This document shows positions 25,619 to 39,500 of a DNA stretch of 64,000 nucleotides, one piece after another. The stretch's first letter is position 1. Each line of letters begins with the position of its first letter. The stretch comes from Camelus ferus. Taxonomy: Eukaryota. The DNA is taken from NCBI RefSeq assembly GCF_009834535.1, contig NC_045696.1, forward strand, positions 21,764,001 to 21,828,000. The letters run 5' to 3'. The notes beneath the pieces are model-generated. The model was given only the letters and a program-made list of their open reading frames with translations. It ran no database searches and was not told where the DNA came from. A program made the translations under genes and the position numbers.

Positions 25619-26032
25619 TGCGGCGCGGCGGCGGCAGCAGGTGTGGCGAGTAGCGAAAGCGGCCTCTACTCGCCGCGCAGCCGGGGCCCTCACCCCGCAG
25701 CCTCCCTGCCTCCCCGCTGGGCCCTACTCCCGCCGCCTGAGCCCGGCCGCCCGGCCCCCTGCACGCATCGCCTGCGGCCGGACCTGGCTCCGGGCGCGCT
25801 GATGCCGCGCGCGGGTGTCCTGGGCTAGAGCTCAAGACCCGGCGGGTGCGCGTTCTGGGAAAGGCAACAGAAGTTAGGGGGTCCCGTATCCGTCCCAGAG
25901 GTGAAGCAGGAGCACCAGCTTGAACCCCGCGGCCCCCTTTGCTCCTCTCCTCAGCTTCGGGCTAGTGAGGGGCTGAGCCCGTGCGCCCCGGTCGTGACTC
26001 CCGCAGCAGCAGCTCTGCTCTTGAGGCGCGGT

Positions 26033-26040
26033 CTTATATA
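26033..26040 (-). promoter_or_regulatory. TATA box of CHODL (TATATAAG); predicted TSS ~26010-26015
   Basis: The only AT-rich motif at the island edge; reads TATATAAGA on the - strand and implies a ~395-nt 5' UTR. Confidence 0.75.
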
Positions 26041-29000
26041 CTCACATCCCGAGGTTCCGGCCCCTAGCTGGTAATAATTTTTAACTACTTCGTCTCTCCT
26101 GCCATGCGGAGCATCCTAGCCCCTCCCCTAAAAACTGGAGCCACTTTGAAAACAGTCCAGTCAGCAGCCCCACCTCCTCCCTCCCCTCCTCCCGGTCTCC
26201 TCTTTCCATTCGCTAGCAGACTGGACACTCATTTGTGTAAAATGTGACAGCTTTGCTATTAAACTCTGGCAAAAGTTGGATCCATTTGGTTTTCTCAAAG
26301 ATTAATGTCCACGGGGATGCCAAGTTTGTGGGGCCTTTCTTTTTTCGTGCTAAATTGCTTGATCATATGTATTGGTAGATGCAGGGCACCGGCCACTATG
26401 TAAGATGGATTGGCCGAGTGGGAGCCAAAACCTGCTCAGTGAATTATATAATGTGGCAGGTTTTTTCCCCACCTAGGTTCTGCAAATAGATTACTTCCAA
26501 GCAGGTGGTTTGACTAAATTGCCACAGGAGTAAATTGAAGAGAATATTTGAAGCACAGTTTTCCCAACTGATTTCCATCTCACTATCCGTAGCTCCAGAG
26601 AAGACCGTCAACACAAAATACGTTTTCTGAATACTTGGGAACTTCCTGGACATAAATGTATGTATTACTTTGCAATCATCCATCAGTGACCTATGGCTTA
26701 CATTAGAAGTAAACCGTTCTAAAACCTACAAAGGCACTTTTCCATAACCTGACTTGGTCTTTATTTTAACAGTCCATCCAAGGATGTTAACGTTTCCTAG
26801 AGTACTGAAAGAGAAGTTCATAAGCATTTCATCTGTATCTAGTCTATAATAGGAAACCTGAGGAAGCTCTCATAATGAGCTTCAGTCGAATTGGTATTTT
26901 GCAATTTCATTGTTTTAAATGAACAAAATCCTTCGGTTTTAATGGGTGGTGCATTTACCTATAACACCTCCCTGTCTTTGGTTTTCATAAGCCACAAGTA
27001 CACTCTAAACATTTGTTCAACTATTTTCTTGGAAAAGAAAGTCAATCTTGCTAAAGACATGTCTTACAGAGTAAGAAATTTTAACACTTGGAAGCATCTT
27101 AAAGATGATTAACTCCACTCTACTCAAGAAAGTAGAATTCTAAAATAATTATAATGTCTATTAGTTTATTTTCCTTATACAACTATTAAAAATGCTAATT
27201 TATTCCAGGGCTGTGGACAATTAATAAACCATGTAAAGGATATGGATTTTTGTGAGCTTTGCCACTAGGTAAAGGTCCAAAACAAACAGGCATTGTTGGG
27301 ATTTTAAATGGGAAATGAAAAGCATGTGTCCTCAAAGCAATGGAGGTATATAGGGCTCAGCCCTGTAAATCATGTCAGAGTGTCTCTGGGTGTGGCTGTG
27401 TTCAGAGAGCTGCTCCAGGGGCTCACAGGCCAGTGTGGAGAGAGAAATGTAGTAATAAATGTGTGTGTAAATGCTACAGTGAAGTGTGAGTGAGTGTTGT
27501 GGTTAGCATGGAGGAATGAGGGATTAGGTATTTTTGCAGGAATTCCTAGCCGCTATCCAGGTTGAGCATGATGCTCCTCATTGGCTATGACCTTAGTGAC
27601 TGCTCCAAGTGCCTGCAGAACTAGGTAGGACTCGGAATGGGAGCTCCTTTCTCCTTTCATGCATCCTACTCCCAGACATCCGTGTGGCTCATGGAAAAGT
27701 CCTCATTTGGGAAGGAATGTCAGTGGATTACAATATAAGCACTGGGTGTAATGTTCCATATGTCAGTAAACCACCAAATGGCTCTAATGCCCCCAAAGCT
27801 GGCAAGTCCTTGAAGCCATAATTGACAAGGGGGAGCCCCATGGTTTCAGTACTTCAGGAAATCCAGATTGTATTATATCCTCAATATGATTGCACAAACT
27901 TCCTAAAATAGAGTTTCTTAGCTTTAGGCTCGGATTATATCAGCTCAGGGTGGCCACACCCATTAATTAGGGCTACTCAAGTTATTCTGGTAGCTGTTTG
28001 ACTTACTAGAACAAGTTATTAGAGACTCTTTTTAGATATGTTTTTAAGGAAACTGGCTGATAAGACCAGACTTTTTTCTTTCTCCATCACTAGAAAACAT
28101 CTGGACAGATCATCATTAAAGTCAGAGTGCACATTTTGGGTAGTCAAAAATATAGAACAGCAGTGGTATTTGGTATTCTCTTTGAAGAACATGGGGCAGA
28201 AGATGTCTCTCAATTTTTTTTTCCAATATAGCATAGGAGGAGACATGAATTTAAAATTTTAAACAAAATTCCCTTTTTAAATAAATTATAAAGTTACTGG
28301 CAGTTAAGGGAAAGCAACAAATATTCATTAAATTTTTAAACAAATGACTTTCATTGGTTTTCCCTATGGATATTCATACGGTATCATAGGAGACAAATGA
28401 CTTCCTGACAGCAAACATATCTTAGTTCCAGAAGCTCAGCTGCTTTTGGATCAATCAGGAGATGAGGGTTCCCTTGAAAGCAACCAAGAGAACCTAAGGT
28501 TATGTGAACAGGGCTTTCAGACTCTCTGAAACCAAAGTGTGACAAGACCGCGTGACTAGCAAATCAGGAGAGAGTTCTGTTGCAAGTTAAGATTCTTTGC
28601 CCAGTTTAAAAATTTTAAATGAGAACTTCAAACTGATTAGGGTAAGGAGTTCAACATTGATTCAATGACATTAAACGTGTATCTTCAAGCCCCAAAACAG
28701 GAAGGTGATCTCAGTAAGAGTGATCCCAAAGAAAGCTCCGGCAAGAGTCAACCAGAGTCTCCAGAAGCTCTGAAACATTAATTGAGCAACAATATTTGGA
28801 ATCCAGAGTTCTGAAAAGTGACATCAGGGCCCTTAGTAGTACACTATGGAAGCTGTATGCTCCAAATATACAACTCACTCCTCCATTCTCCTACTCCCTT
28901 TCAAACGTCTGCAATTCCCCGTGAGCATCTGTTTTGTGTGTCCATTAATAAGCCCAAGGACTGACAGTCTGAATTCCAGACACTGATTTGCATTCAGTGG

Positions 29001-29094
29001 CTTCTCACTTGGGCAACTCTACACAGTGGCTTCAGCCTCAGTCACCACGGGGTTCACTCATGTGTGTTCCAGGGCAAAGAGTGACAAATGTCAT

Positions 29095-29419
29095 TCTCTC
29101 ATTCAGTTTGGACTGCTATAACAAAGTACCATAGATGAGGTGGCTTATCAACAACAGAAATTTATTTCCCATAATTTTAGAGGCTGGAAGTTGGAGGTCA
29201 GGCAGCCAGCATGGTTGGGTTCTAGAGAGGGCACTATTCTGGGTTTCAGACTGCTGACTTCATGAAGGAAAGACAGCCAAAGAGCTCTCTGGGGGCTCTT
29301 GTGTAAGAGCACTAGTCCCATTCAGAAGAGCTCCACTCCCATGATCTCATTATCACACTTGGGGGTAGGATTTCAACATGTGAATTGGGAGGGGGATACA
29401 AACATTCAGTCCATTGCAG
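29095..29419 (-). mobile_element. MLT1A-like MaLR solo LTR
   Basis: ggactgctataacaaagtaccataga...aacagaaatttatttc...gaggctggaag...atttcaacatgtgaattgggagggggatacaaacattcagtccattgca. Confidence 0.85.
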
Positions 29420-29658
29420 TGGTCTACAAAGGGAATTTGTTAGGTTTTAAATTATTACAACTTTATATTAATATATTTGAAATGCTATTGGAATCCAGTA
29501 TTAACTAATTTATTCATTTTATTGCATTTTATTAAGGATGCTAAATAATTCTCCTGAGGACTATCAATAACACTGCCAGCACATAATGAAATAAATATTT
29601 GAAACTGAAAAAAATCAAGCTAGTACTATATAACTACTTCAGCAGTAGGAAAAAACTG

Positions 29659-29704
29659 TGTTGTTGTTGGTGTTGGTGGTGGTGGTGGTGGTGGTGGTGG
29701 TGGT
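29659..29704. repeat. Compound (GTT)n(GGT)n microsatellite
   Basis: tgttgttgttggtgttggtggtggt... run. Confidence 0.9.
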
Positions 29705-32700
29705 TTTGAAATGATGGTTAGCCATCACTTCCAGGAAGAGACCATTGAATCCAAGGTTCTACATCGCCATTCTTTAAGGGTGACACATTGGTATCTGTGC
29801 AGGCACGTAAATGGCTCAAATGCAAGGATGAGCAGTTGGTCAATTCCCCTAAGATTTACTTGTTCTTTTCAAAATAGATCTGTACTATGGGGTACATGAC
29901 CTGCCTCATCCAAGATCCAGTTCTGCTCTTCCTCATAATCCCAGGAGAAGCCTTGGTTTTTACAGGGATACCTAAGGGAGCATCATTGTTCATCATGCTG
30001 TTTGAAATTCAATGAATAATTGTATACACTACAAAAACTTGCTTTTCTATCATATAAAGTTTAAATTTAGGAACTATGGAGTCTGTTTCATGTTTTGACC
30101 ATTCAGGTGATGAGTTAAAAATATACTATGGACTATACTTCAATAAAAAAAAAAAGGGAAAAAATATGGAACTCAATTACTAGAAGTATATGTTATCAGA
30201 TCTGAAGAATCATATGAATTTATGTGAATGTGCAATTAAATCTCAACTCAGTAGTAGAATTTCCTTCTGGTGCTTCTTTATTAATTGAAAGCAATGCAGT
30301 CAGTACCAATGTTATCAATCTAGCATGGGCCAATACTTTTTGTGACAATCTTGGCTGGAATACTAAATCTAGTCTTAATCTACATTAGTACAAATAAGCA
30401 AAATTGAGGCGATTAAACCAAAAAAAGTATAACCTAAAGTCATCCTTGTTTTAAGTGCCCAGCCTGAATTATCTTGGTATGTAACTGACAAACTCCTCAT
30501 TGAGTATGATAATATGGAAAAATCACTTGGCTAGCAGAATTCTTAATCCAAATTTTTAGTTAATAAGATCTTAGGCAAGTTTCTTCTTCTTCTTTTTTTT
30601 GGTTTTTGTTTTTAAAATATGAAGAAAACCAATGAGTTGAAGTTCTGTGCTTCCCGACTGAATGCCATTCTGCCCCAGAAATACTTCACAAATTTTTCAG
30701 ATCTTAATCTTTATGTGCACTAAGGATTATCCCCAGCCAGAACATGTCATATATTTTATATATATACATATATGTATCCACTAAGTTTCCAAATGTATAC
30801 AGATGTAAGTTCAATTTTTAAATGTCAATAAATTCGTAAAACTTTTATCCATATATTTTTGATCAATATTTACTGAAATAACAATTGTTATTATGTGGGG
30901 TCATGGAAAAATACATTTGTTAAAAATAGAGCTTCACAATCAGAGAGGTTGGGAATCACTAGATTATTTCTAAAGTCCTTTTCAGCTTTATAATCCTATT
31001 TCTCTAAAGTTAGGAAAATCTAACACTTATCTTCCTTCTTTTTTCCCTTTCCTCCTCCTTCCCTTCCTCCTTTCTTCTTCTATGAAAAAGACAATGTCAA
31101 TTTACAATGAATGGGTGTACTCTCTTATTTAATTATCAAGTTAATCAGAAAATAGGAGTCCTGGAAAATTCTCCTATGATCCTTTGAGTAACAGATCGAT
31201 ATATCACAGATGCCACATAAATGGAAAATCCAAGCAAAATAAATAAAACTGAGCGCCAAGCTGAGTGAAAGAAAATTACATCTAAGAGACCATAAAACTA
31301 TTAATGAATATTTGATGAACCCAGATTTGTTTTCTTTAAAAGTTCTCCATTTTATTCAAAAGGGAAGTGTACCAGGAAGAGGAACAGCTAAAGACCTAGA
31401 AAACGTAAAATATGCCTTTATTGTATTCACAAATATTCAGTGCTTCTCCAAACATATCAAGTGACTAGAAAACAATTGGTGTCAGAGCAGCAGTAATAGC
31501 AAGAAACTGGGTTATGTGGAATGACATATAATGTTAGAGAAAACATGAGGAAAAATAAAGATATTAGGACAAAAAAATCAATTTAAATATCCTGCTGGAG
31601 GTGCATCTGTCACTGCAGTATTTGTCCATACACTATTTCTAAGGGTAAAGTCTTTTGTGCCAAATGCATGTGAATCCTGCAGCAAAGCAAAATGGAAATT
31701 TGGGGAAAAGCAAGGTACACACTCTCCAGTAACTCATGGATATCAGCATCCATAAAAGTCTCTTTATCCTTTAGACTATGCTTTTTTATATATATACACA
31801 TACAAGTTATCATTTTTCTGTAATAAAGTCTAAATATTCTGCATTGTAAAGAAACCTTTTAAAAACAAGCCTGAAACAGAAAGGGAAAATCCCAAAGGTA
31901 AGAAAATTTCTATTATCAAATCCCTTACGCCAGAAAAAATTAACTGGTCATATTACATAAGGAAGTGATGCTGTAATATTCCTCTCCAAAGCATGGACAC
32001 AAAGATTCATAAGGCAGCCTTAATTTTCAAGAGCTTTCAAGAACATCAGAAAAGCAAGAAATCATCATGAGTCTATTAGCTAAGTACCTCCTATCTTGCC
32101 TAACAGGTAGGACTCATTTAATCTGACACTAAAAACTTTAAAATAATGGTTTAGATTTTTAAATATTTATGAAGTCAAATAGTACAAAAGTTGCAAGACA
32201 ATATAAAATTGTTAATATAAAACTGGGATAATCATTGTGGGATGAGGTTCATCTCCACCGGGGCTCATCTGCATGTAACTCTAATGACTTGTGAAAAAAG
32301 TGCATACTGGGAACAAAACGAGACAGAAGTAGACTTGGATATCTTCATCCCCTAATCAGTTGCCCCCACCCATCGACTTCAACCCCTCCCTAAACATACC
32401 GCTTCACATGGCTTACTCCAACATGATGAGGGCCACTGGGACCCTGGGGTCTTCCTTCCCAGACTCTACATTGATTTCCCTAACCCAAGTTAATAGTTTA
32501 CAGTCCTAAGAAGCTCTTTATAATGATTATAAAGGAAGTGTGGAGACCTGTCCCTCTCTTTCTGCCTAGAACTGCAGAAAGACCTTCCCTGACCACATAA
32601 TCCAAGTCTACTCCAGCTTATTTCTCTGTTTATCTCTATGGCTGCAACTGTTATTCATTCAACAAACATTTAATGAGCACATATTGTACTTTTCTTCAGT

Positions 32701-33610
32701 TAAAATTGGGGGTATACTGCTGTTTAATGTTTGTCCCCACAAGATTATAAATTCTGAGCAGGTTTTATTTCCCACCAGTAAGTGCCTGAGAAATATTTAT
32801 CAAATAAATAAATGAAAGAAGGAATGAATCTCTGAATTAAGTTTTTTACTTTCACCTGAAGCCAGATTTTGGAACTTCCTTTTCTGCTCACAGGAATGAG
32901 GGTGATGGGAGTAGGAGGGACCTCGGATAATGGTATGCAGCACAGGAAGGACGGTCTCCTTGCTCCATACTTCCTTAATCCCTGGGCAGAGATGAAGGGA
33001 GGCTTCCAAAATTCTGAAGAACCCTCCAAGACCTTCCTTTCCTTTACTGATACTGAAGGATGTTAGGCTTACAAAGGGAGAGGCTGTCAGTTGCATTCAA
33101 AAATCTTAAACATTTCCTTCATATTCTGCAGAAACCAGAGTCACCCACATTTTAGTGATATGTTCTATGAGAGAGAGTGAACATGAATCCATAATTTAGA
33201 CATTCCTAAATGATAATGTCAGGGACTCTAAATTTTGTTTTTTCTATCTCCACCCAGCTATAGACCCCAGTCGGTAACATCTATACATATGGTAACCACA
33301 TTCCCACCTGCCTGGCAAGGTTCTGCTCCTCCCAGAACAATGCTTGTTCACACCTTGCCATCTTCCATGTGGTTGACTATCACCTCCTATATGAGGCTTA
33401 TTTTCTAATATCCAGAAAAAAAATTTCCTGCTCATGTTCTTTATATTACACTGTATTTCTTCTCCAGTAATTAATTGGGTACATTATGTCTCTTTCTGTA
33501 GACACATCTATCTCCTTTAAAGCAGATAACATGGTATAAAATATCCTGTATCCCAGTGCCTACCACTAGGAATTCATAAACGTTGACTTCAATTAAGAGG
33601 TTTTTCTTTG

Positions 33611-33712
33611 GCGGGGGTGGGGATTGTAGCTCAGTGGTAGAGCACATGCTTAGCATGCACAAGGTCCTGGGTTCAATCCCCAGTACCTCCACTAAAGAAA
33701 TAATAAAATAAA
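33611..33712 (+). mobile_element. tRNA-Ala(AGC)-derived SINE (camelid Vic-1 type)
   Basis: ggggattgtagctcagtggtagagcacatgcttagcatgcacaaggtcctgggttcaatccccagtacctcca plus A-rich tail; AGC anticodon loop retained, acceptor stem degenerate. Confidence 0.85.
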
Positions 33713-36651
33713 TATGTTAAAGTTTTCAAAAGCCTACAAATAGAAATTATAAAATAAAATTTTACCTATCTGAATGTTAATATAAAATTTTACTGTATGT
33801 ATTCTTATATAATGTTCACTATCAGAGCATAAGATGAGGATATCTTATGAATAGAAAATGTGCATTTATTGTTCAAATGGTTATCTGAAATTCATGTCAA
33901 AATTATTAGGATGTAAAATATTACATTTTTATCAAATTGCTATAAACTTTTTGAATTAGGAGACTATCTACTCTTTTGCTGAGCCCCATAACTGCATTTC
34001 TAGTGCGGTGCTGAGGTAAAACCTAAAAGAAATAGAAAGCACCTAAAACAAGTGACCATAATGACCATACTTCCTTCCAGAGAAATCTTGGGGATATTTT
34101 GCGGAACACTTAGGATTCATAAAACACACTTTGAAAACCAGAGTTGCAATCAGTCAATAGCTATAACATCCTGAGCTAAGGGTCAGAATGTTCAGAATCC
34201 ACCAAAAGCAATCAAAGCTCCAACAGACGGAAAAGGTTTCTGAGATTCAGGAAAAAATAAACAGGAGTTGACTCATGTTATTTAATAACCAGTACATGAC
34301 GCAAATATAACTAGACATTCTAAATCTATATGATTTTAAGGGAGAAAACTACTCATTTTTGAACACTGGAGAGTTTCAAATTTCTCCCTGGATTTATAAA
34401 AATTAAAAAGGAATACCACCTAGCTAAATGAGCTATCTCTTTTCTGCCTCACCTTTAATGTTCTTGTTTTCAGTGACTGTTCTAGGTTGTCATAGCAACA
34501 AAATGCTATTTTCAATAAGTTTTGGTAGAAAACCTGTGTGGAACACCTAATTTATTATAAGTGGAATATATCCAGTTGGTTGCTTGTATGACAGATTTTT
34601 AACATTTTTTTTAGATTTAAAAATTTTTTTAATTATTTGATCATATTGTTCTTGATGACTGCTACTTCTTCAACCTGTTATGACATAAAATAACTCTCCC
34701 AGTTCACAGACAATAATAGGAATTCAGTACAGACATAGCTGTAGTCAATCCAAACTGTTGACTGAGATTTAGGTTTTAGCTTCCCCCAGCCCCAGTACAC
34801 CCAATTATCCTGCAGAGTCAACACGTTGTTTGTCTGGAATATAGATTTCTCATATACTCATTAATTTCTTAATTTACTTCCACTGTTAATATAAATATTT
34901 TTATAGAAAAACATGAGACAAATATTAGAAGAATTTATGTATAATGCCACCATCAAAAGCTATTTAAAAAAATACCGGTTTTTACATATTCTACTGCTCA
35001 AAAGCCTTCAATTACATTCTAGTCAATAAAATAAACTTTGAATTCTGTTGTCCTGCATTTGAAGCCCTCCAAAATTTGACCCTCTTTACTATTCTAGATT
35101 CATTTCCACTTTCTACTTTCATAAATCAGCCAGCACAACCAATCAGGTGACCAATTGTTTTTATGTTTTCTCACCTCAATGCACACTTCTCCAATTTTCG
35201 CCCACCTTTCCATGCCTGTCTCTCTTTCTCTATGCCTATCATAAACAGCGGCTCCTCTTTTCTCAAAAAAAGCTATCTCCAATCACTCTCTTGCCTTTCC
35301 CAAATGGATAAAACTCACTGTCTCTGAGCGAAATCTACCTTGTAAAATGTTTCTATCAATTTTCACAAGTTGCTCAGCTGCTTACATGCATATATTTTAA
35401 CCTTCTCAACTAGAAGGTAAGTTCGTTCACAAACAGAACCATGTTTGGTGTGTCTTTTTACCAGTCCAGAAACAGTGTTGTTTATTTTATTTAATAAAAA
35501 AGCCTTCAGAGCAGAAGTCATGTTCCAGGTCCTTTCTGCCTTCCAGTGACACACTTGATAACTTACTTTGCACCCACACACCAGACATATAGAAACAGTG
35601 ATGGGGATTAAACATGAGGGGATGTATTGTTCCCATCCCCTTCTTTTAATTGTATTATCTTCTTTTATCCCAGACACTACATGATTGTTATAATCACTTA
35701 CTTCGTGAGTGAGTTATCTATCAAAGGATACCTTAGCATACACTCAAAATGTACGAAAGAAAAGCTGTAAAAATGGATTAAGAGGCCAGGATGCAATACC
35801 AGAAACAGGTGTTTCTTTTCTGCTTAACCATTAGTCGTGCCATCTTGAGGTTTCATGACAAAATGGGGAAAAGATGATACTCTACACTTGTTTCCTTTTC
35901 CTACACACCTAAGGAAGTCACCTGGTATCCTTCCAGAAACTTGATTATCTAAGTAAGTACCCCCTCTCTGGAGAGCAATCTATATTTTCTGGCTAACACC
36001 CACTTTCCACTCACAGTAGTCAGAGTAAAAGTAGAGCATCTTAATGAGGATATGTTAGTTTTCACACAAAGCAGCTTATTTATTGCCATTAAAGTTAAAA
36101 ATTATGTGATTTGCTATTTTGCACTTATATTAATGTACACAGTTAACCAAAAACCTTGGGCATGGCAAATTTCTTTATTTTAGCATTTTAAAATGTTTAA
36201 GCTTTATTGATTCATTCTATGAAAACAATTTGGAATATCATTCTCCGATATATCACCAAAGAATTAAAATATCATGCATTCCGCATTATGTGTTTTTTGA
36301 AAATTGGGGTCAGACTAGAGACAGTATTTTATTGACTTAAACTTTTAAACCTTGATAGATTTATTGTTTTCAGTCACAGGGTAAAGTAATAAATAATACA
36401 ATTTTGAATATGAAATCTTTTCATTGGCACTTCAGAAGATGAGAAAAGGGAATGCATAAAGTCTTACCAGAAGTAGTCTAACAATTGAAAACTAAGGCCC
36501 AATTATCTTAGCAAAAAAGATATGTATGTGATTCAAAATATTTGGTTTGGTGTTTGAGTAAAATATCAGCTGGACTGTTAGAGCTAAACTCAGGTCTTCA
36601 CACGAGATAATGTTATCGGAGACTATGAGTCTCTCTTTCTTAGGGGAATAC

Positions 36652-36902
36652 TAATAATATCAGTTTATAGTTACTACGTACCAGGCACTGTTCTAAAAGG
36701 TTTACGTATGTTTACCCACTTCATCCTCACGAAAGCCTTACGACACTCTTGTTATCCCCATTTTTAAAGATAAAAAAATTGAGGCACAAGGATGCTAAGT
36801 AACTTGCCCAAAGCTACCCACGGCTAAAAGATGACAGCTGGGGTTTGAACCCAGGCAGCCAGACTCTAGAATCTGTGCTCTTAACACAGCATCAAACTAC
36901 CT
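36652..36902 (-). mobile_element. Near full-length MIR SINE
   Basis: tactacgtaccaggcactgttctaa...gttatccccattttt...gaggcacaag...aagtaacttgcccaa...tttgaacccaggcagccagactctaga. Confidence 0.9.
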
Positions 36903-39500
36903 CTCAAAAAGACTCCCTCCTACGCAATTAACACAGGAAGACTGGAGCCTCCACTAGCCTCCACTGACAGCAGATTTTTTTTCCCATTTCACACACCTAA
37001 TTCTACACCCATCATGCAGCCATTTGCCAACTCTAATCAAAAGCAAGTCAGTGCTTTCCAAAGATGATCTAGATGGTTTTAGGTGAAATACAGGTTTTCT
37101 TAAATTTTAATAATTATATATTTACTTTTATGTGTATTAAGATATCACCATAATTAGCACATCAAAAACATGATCTTACAAATATTACTACTTGAACTAG
37201 ACTGAATAGTGAAGAATTTAGGTCATTTTAAAGAAAAAAATATCAAGTAAATAACAGGACCGGTAAACAAATGGGGCAGAAATTTTTAAGACAGCATGGG
37301 ACCAATGGCAATTTGCTAAACCTTGATCTCAGCAGTGCTCTTTTCTGACAGCTTCATTTCCAGAGAAACCATCTCTGGAGTGTTCTAGTTAAACTAAAGC
37401 AGAATTATTCTAACTGTATCAGAGTGGCTAGAATTGGCCACCACTTTCTTATCTGAAACTACAAGCTCTCTCCTGTCACAATAAGCCGGGGCCACCAAGG
37501 CAGTCATGCCCACTATTCAGCTGTGGTCTTTCCAAACAGAAGCCTCCCTAGAACGCAGGGAGGCTCATCTCTTACTTATTCTCTGAACATCTAGCCAGGC
37601 ACCTTTTATACAGACCTAAGGTGCAAATAAGGATAAACATGATCAGAGATGGAAAGGAAAAGGGACACCAAAAAGGGAAGGCACCTCCTTGTTGAGCCAT
37701 GTCTTAAGCACTGTGCTGATTAGCTCATTTACTCTTCCGAATAACTGAGATGAAGGCATAGTTCGTTGTCCCTCTTTTATAGATAAGGACACTAAAGCTC
37801 ACAAAGCAAGCAGTTGTGCACCAGGCTCTTTGATTCTGAAGCTGGAGGACTTCTACTGTACTGTGCAGTAGAGACTGAAGAAGGGAAGGAATAGACAAAA
37901 CAGAAAATAAAGCTGAAAGAGACCTTGAGAAGATATATTTCAAATCCTCTTTTTCATAGATTAACAATTAAAGTAAGGCAGAGCCAAATGGTCATGCGCC
38001 CAGAGCTACACCATGGATATTCAAACAGCCAGTTCAGTGCTCTTTCTAGCACCTTTTTCGGAAAGGCTTGGTATTCACTGAAAGGTAGAGCTGCAGAAAA
38101 TGCTTAAATTAAGTCAAATGGAAGGAAGCACTGCTGTGCCAAGTCGCAGAGTTAAGTACCCACCCAGTGGCCGGCAGCCATGGAAACAATTTCTGCTGAA
38201 TAGGTTATAAAATAAATAGGTTCCTGCAGGGAACTCTCCAAGTGGTGTCACTTCATGATGTTGGAACCAAAAATGTTGAGCACGTTAGTGGACCTGGAGA
38301 GGAGCTGACACTTCCCTTGTCAAAATCTTTATCAGAAATACTGCCATTTTATGGTAACGCTGATTAGCACTTTTTAAATTTTGAAAGCTGAGTAAATTTG
38401 TTTCTTCAAAGACAAACTACCAGAGACATTCTTCCCAGTGAACTATAATACCACCAATTAAAGGGCCATTTTGTCCTCATATCCCCATACTGTCTTGCCC
38501 ATGGCTGAGGATACATAGGGGTTTGTTGAATTGAATCAAACAGATTGTAAAAACTGAGGCACCTGTGCAGGAATAAATGAAGATCCTCTAAGTAAAAGAA
38601 AAATCATAAAATAAAAAAGCATCTGTATTTCTAGCAGTTTGTGTTCATCTTCCTTCATAGCTATCTTTTGAGAAAATCATTATCATAAAAATAATTTTGG
38701 TCAGTAGTGACAAAAATTATGCCAAAATTATTATAACTCTGCTACTCAGTGATTCATAGTCGTATTCTACCTTCTTGATTGGTATTTTAATGCATAACAC
38801 TGCTACTGAAGCATATTAACCCACCTTGTAACTCCAGACAGCCCTCTTTAACCAAGCTTTTAATTTATAAAATGATACTAGACATAAACTGATGTTACTT
38901 TCTTTGCATGTATGAGTAGTTACCCCACGTTGTCTTGTCATATTTTATAATAAAGTATAAAGCCATATTATATGGTGTCAATGAGTGTTAGAGATAATGA
39001 AGTTCAAGTAATTATAAGCCTAAAATCTTGAATAGAATATTTAGTTTTTATTTCCTTTTTCCTTTTTCTAAAAGTGATCCCAGAAATGTAAAACTATTTC
39101 ATTAAAAAGGTCACAATTGCACAAGAAGCTAATAATGCTAATTTTGTAACCCTGAAATGCATAATTTCCTCATTGAAAATCATCTTTTCAAAATTAATAA
39201 AACAAACAAAAACCAGTGATGTGCGGCCTACAATTTGAGTGATTTTTATTTTGTTGCTTTTGTATGATTCACCTTCTTCCCAGCTTTTTTCTCTACAAGG
39301 AAATTTCGAGCAAAGCAAATTTTGTGTAGAATTAGAACAGTGAAGACCCTGAAGGGCACTGAGAAAATTTCCCAAAGAAACAAAGGAGGATATTTAATGG
39401 TAATAGTTTGCTCTTAGGGTAAGTTTAGAAACCTCTCCTTCCTGAAGTCCACAACTATATTCTATTTGGCTACAATCCACTTAATTATTTCTCAGTTATT

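Larger units (their letters stand above)
25390..26070. promoter_or_regulatory. CpG island over the CHODL promoter, 5' UTR and exon 1
   Basis: Abrupt switch to very high GC and dense CpG in an otherwise AT-rich, CpG-poor window; a CpG-rich shoulder extends to ~24780. Confidence 0.93.

Noticed and set aside
24910..25835. Several 85-157 aa ORFs on both strands around exon 1
   Set aside because: Pro/Arg/Ala-rich, stop-poor artefacts of the CpG island; only 25540-25618 fits CHODL
33619..33691. Apparent tRNA-Ala(AGC) gene
   Set aside because: Acceptor stem is mismatched, there is a G-rich 5' extension and an A-rich tail instead of an oligo-T terminator, and a sibling copy lies at 16853. This is a tRNA-derived SINE.
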